Source: Mytilus edulis
Taxonomy: Eukaryota
Length of the DNA: 64,000 nucleotides
Direction of reading: 5' to 3'
NCBI RefSeq assembly: GCF_963676685.1
Contig: NC_092353.1
Span: 67,952,001-68,016,000 of the forward strand
Positions 62,087 through 64,000 of this stretch are shown piece after piece. How positions within the stretch are numbered: the first letter of the stretch is position 1; the number at the start of each line of letters is the position of its first letter. Below the pieces are notes generated by a model. It made no database searches, was not told where the DNA came from, and saw nothing but the letters and a program-made list of their open reading frames with translations. The position numbers were made by a program, and so were the translations under genes.

Positions 62087-63700
62087 GGTGGAACGTTGCC
62101 TCCAGTATTGTATATTCAAGCGGACAACTGCTGGCGGGAAAACAAAAATAAATATGTTTTATCGTTTTGCGAGTTACTGGTGCACATGAAAGTATTTCAA
62201 GAGGTAGACATTTGATATCTTATAGCCCACAGTAATCATACTACTGTTAGATAATAGAATTCGTATCTAAAAAAATTCAGGGAATACAATCATGACAATG
62301 GACACACGTATTTTTATGCCCCACCTACGATAGTAGAGGGGCATTATGTTTTCTGGTCTGTGCGTCCGTTCGTCCGTTCGTCTGTTCGTCCGTCCGTTCG
62401 TCCGTCCCAGTGTTCGTCCGTCTGTCCCGCTTCAGGTTAAAGTTTTTGGTCAAGGTAGTTTTTGATGAAGTTGAAGTCCAATCAACTTCAAACTTAGTAC
62501 ACATGTTCCCTATGATATAATCTTTCTAATTTTAATGCCAAATTAGAGTTTTTATCCCAATGTCACGGTCCACTGAACATAGAAAATGAAAGTGCGAGTG
62601 GGGCATTCGTGTACTGAGGACACATTCTTGTTCCTACTGAATTGATCGGTGATTCCTCCTACCATTGTTATAAGGGTCGTATCATTATGTATTAACATGA
62701 ATAACTGTATCCAAATGAACATGATGAATAAGATATAATAAAGAGAGAAAATATACCGACGGAGAATCATAATGAAAAGTCGATTAAAATAAATCATCTC
62801 AATATTCAACAGTAAAACAACTAAGACAAACCATTACATAAAAATATAAAGTAACTCCAATACCACCGGAAAACTCGGTTAACAGCTCCTCGAGGGACAC
62901 CCGTCGTATTTTTAGACTAACTGAATTCATGATATGGAACACCGTCCCTGAAATAATGTATCAAGTGTAATATATAAATACTCCACATACATCCACTATC
63001 ATGACTGTCGCAATATTGCTTCAGAGAAATGTCAAAACAATTAGCAAAAGAATGCACATACAAGAATCGTAATGCGGACAGTTTTAAAATATAAATCAAT
63101 ATATAATTTGATAGAATTTTTTATGAAAATATTTTTTTTTGCAGGTTCACCTTTCTTTTCTGTCTGTTGGACACACACATGAGGATATTGACGCCGGTTT
63201 TCAGCAAAATAGTAGATTCCCTCCGTCGAAATGACGCAGAAAAAATCCCTGAGCTTTTGGATCTCTTACCAAATCCAAGCAACTTAATTTGGCAATACGA
63301 TATTAGGAACTGGCTTCAACCATTTATTGCTGATGTACGGAAACATATCAAGCCATTACATTATAGATTTACAATGGATGAAGTATCTAATAAGATTAAA
63401 CTGTGTTACAAATCCAATCATGTGGGGCCTTGGAAGATTTCAACAAGTGGAATGTTCATGTTTAACGATAAAGGTGAAGTAGAATTGCCAAAGGGTGTAC
63501 CAAAAGTATCCACGCCAGTTTTTGACAAAATATTTATCGAAAAAATTGAAAGTGGAATTAATGACTGGAAATGTCTCTTCACGGATCAAATGTCAAACGC
63601 GTTGTCTTTGCTTGCTAATATCACTGAGAAAACTAAATATTTATCTTCTTTTCAAATTAAATATTTTTCATTTGAGCAAAACATCTGGACGTTTTATTAG
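62087..63700 (+). pseudogene. Spliced DUF7869-type (Sola-like DDD) transposase gene fragment, frameshifted
   Basis: Exon 62087-62203 GGTLPPVLYIQADNCWRENKNKYVLSFCELLVHMKVFQE splices in phase 0 to 63145 VHLSFLSVGHTHEDIDAG, then after one extra T (63198-63201) continues FSKIVDSLRRNDAE...YDIRNWLQPF...KHIKPLHYRF. Confidence 0.78.
62311..62632 (+). mobile_element. HINE-like element inside the transposase intron
   Basis: 5' ATGCCCCAC...GGGGCAT stem-loop, CGTC microsatellite, subterminal GTGGGGCAT, 3' hairpin GTGTACTGAGGACAC then TTCTTGTT. Confidence 0.8.
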
Positions 63701-64000
63701 CAAACTCAACTCGAAATCGGTAATTGACTACTTTATAATATTTATTTGTTTTTCTTTAATCATCAACTAACAACATTTAAGGTCGAAATCAATCGTTTTT
63801 TTATTTATTTTCAGGAAATACGAAGAACATGACAACTAGACGCACCATATATAGCTCATATGTATATGGCTATATATGTCAAAAGAAACAGATATTTTAT
63901 TCTATAATACAGGAACTAATAGAACTCATTTTCTTTTTTTATTTGATTTGTTATATACATGAGGTATCATATTTGTTGTGGCTATTTTACCTAGCAGTTG

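Noticed and set aside
62087-62095. GGT at the start of the 62087 exon as continuation of RNF213 'MKVHGGT'
   Set aside because: VH is missing and the following residues match the DUF7869-type motif, not RNF213 Walker B; coincidental.

Overview
AT-rich, intron-rich animal genomic DNA. The dispersed repeats resemble those of bivalve (mytilid mussel) genomes, which is an inference. The first 42 kb hold a + strand RNF213/mysterin-like giant AAA+ ATPase / E3 ligase gene. I reconstructed it by hand as 36 phase-consistent GT-AG coding exons (3691-42347, 7659 nt, 2553 codons). It encodes an N-terminal double zinc ribbon, a disordered arm, the CBM20-like/stalk region, an apparent UBA domain just before the AAA core, the AAA2 P-loop (AGVGKT) and the AAA3 P-loop (GETGCGKT) followed by an 85-aa acidic insert. 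One in-frame TAG (36273-36275) interrupts a conserved exon, and the expected next exon (VHGGT...) is not visible in the remaining ~21 kb, so this copy may be disrupted or truncated. Candidate immune cis-elements are a perfect ISRE (891-904) and a minisatellite of palindromic kB-like sites (43385-43574). The rest of the window is transposon-rich: hAT, PIF/Harbinger, Tc1-type and Kolobok-like MITEs, Helentron-associated elements, three Penelope-type minimal hammerhead ribozyme motifs, a Tc1 transposase fragment, and a spliced, frameshifted DUF7869/Sola-like transposase at the 3' end.
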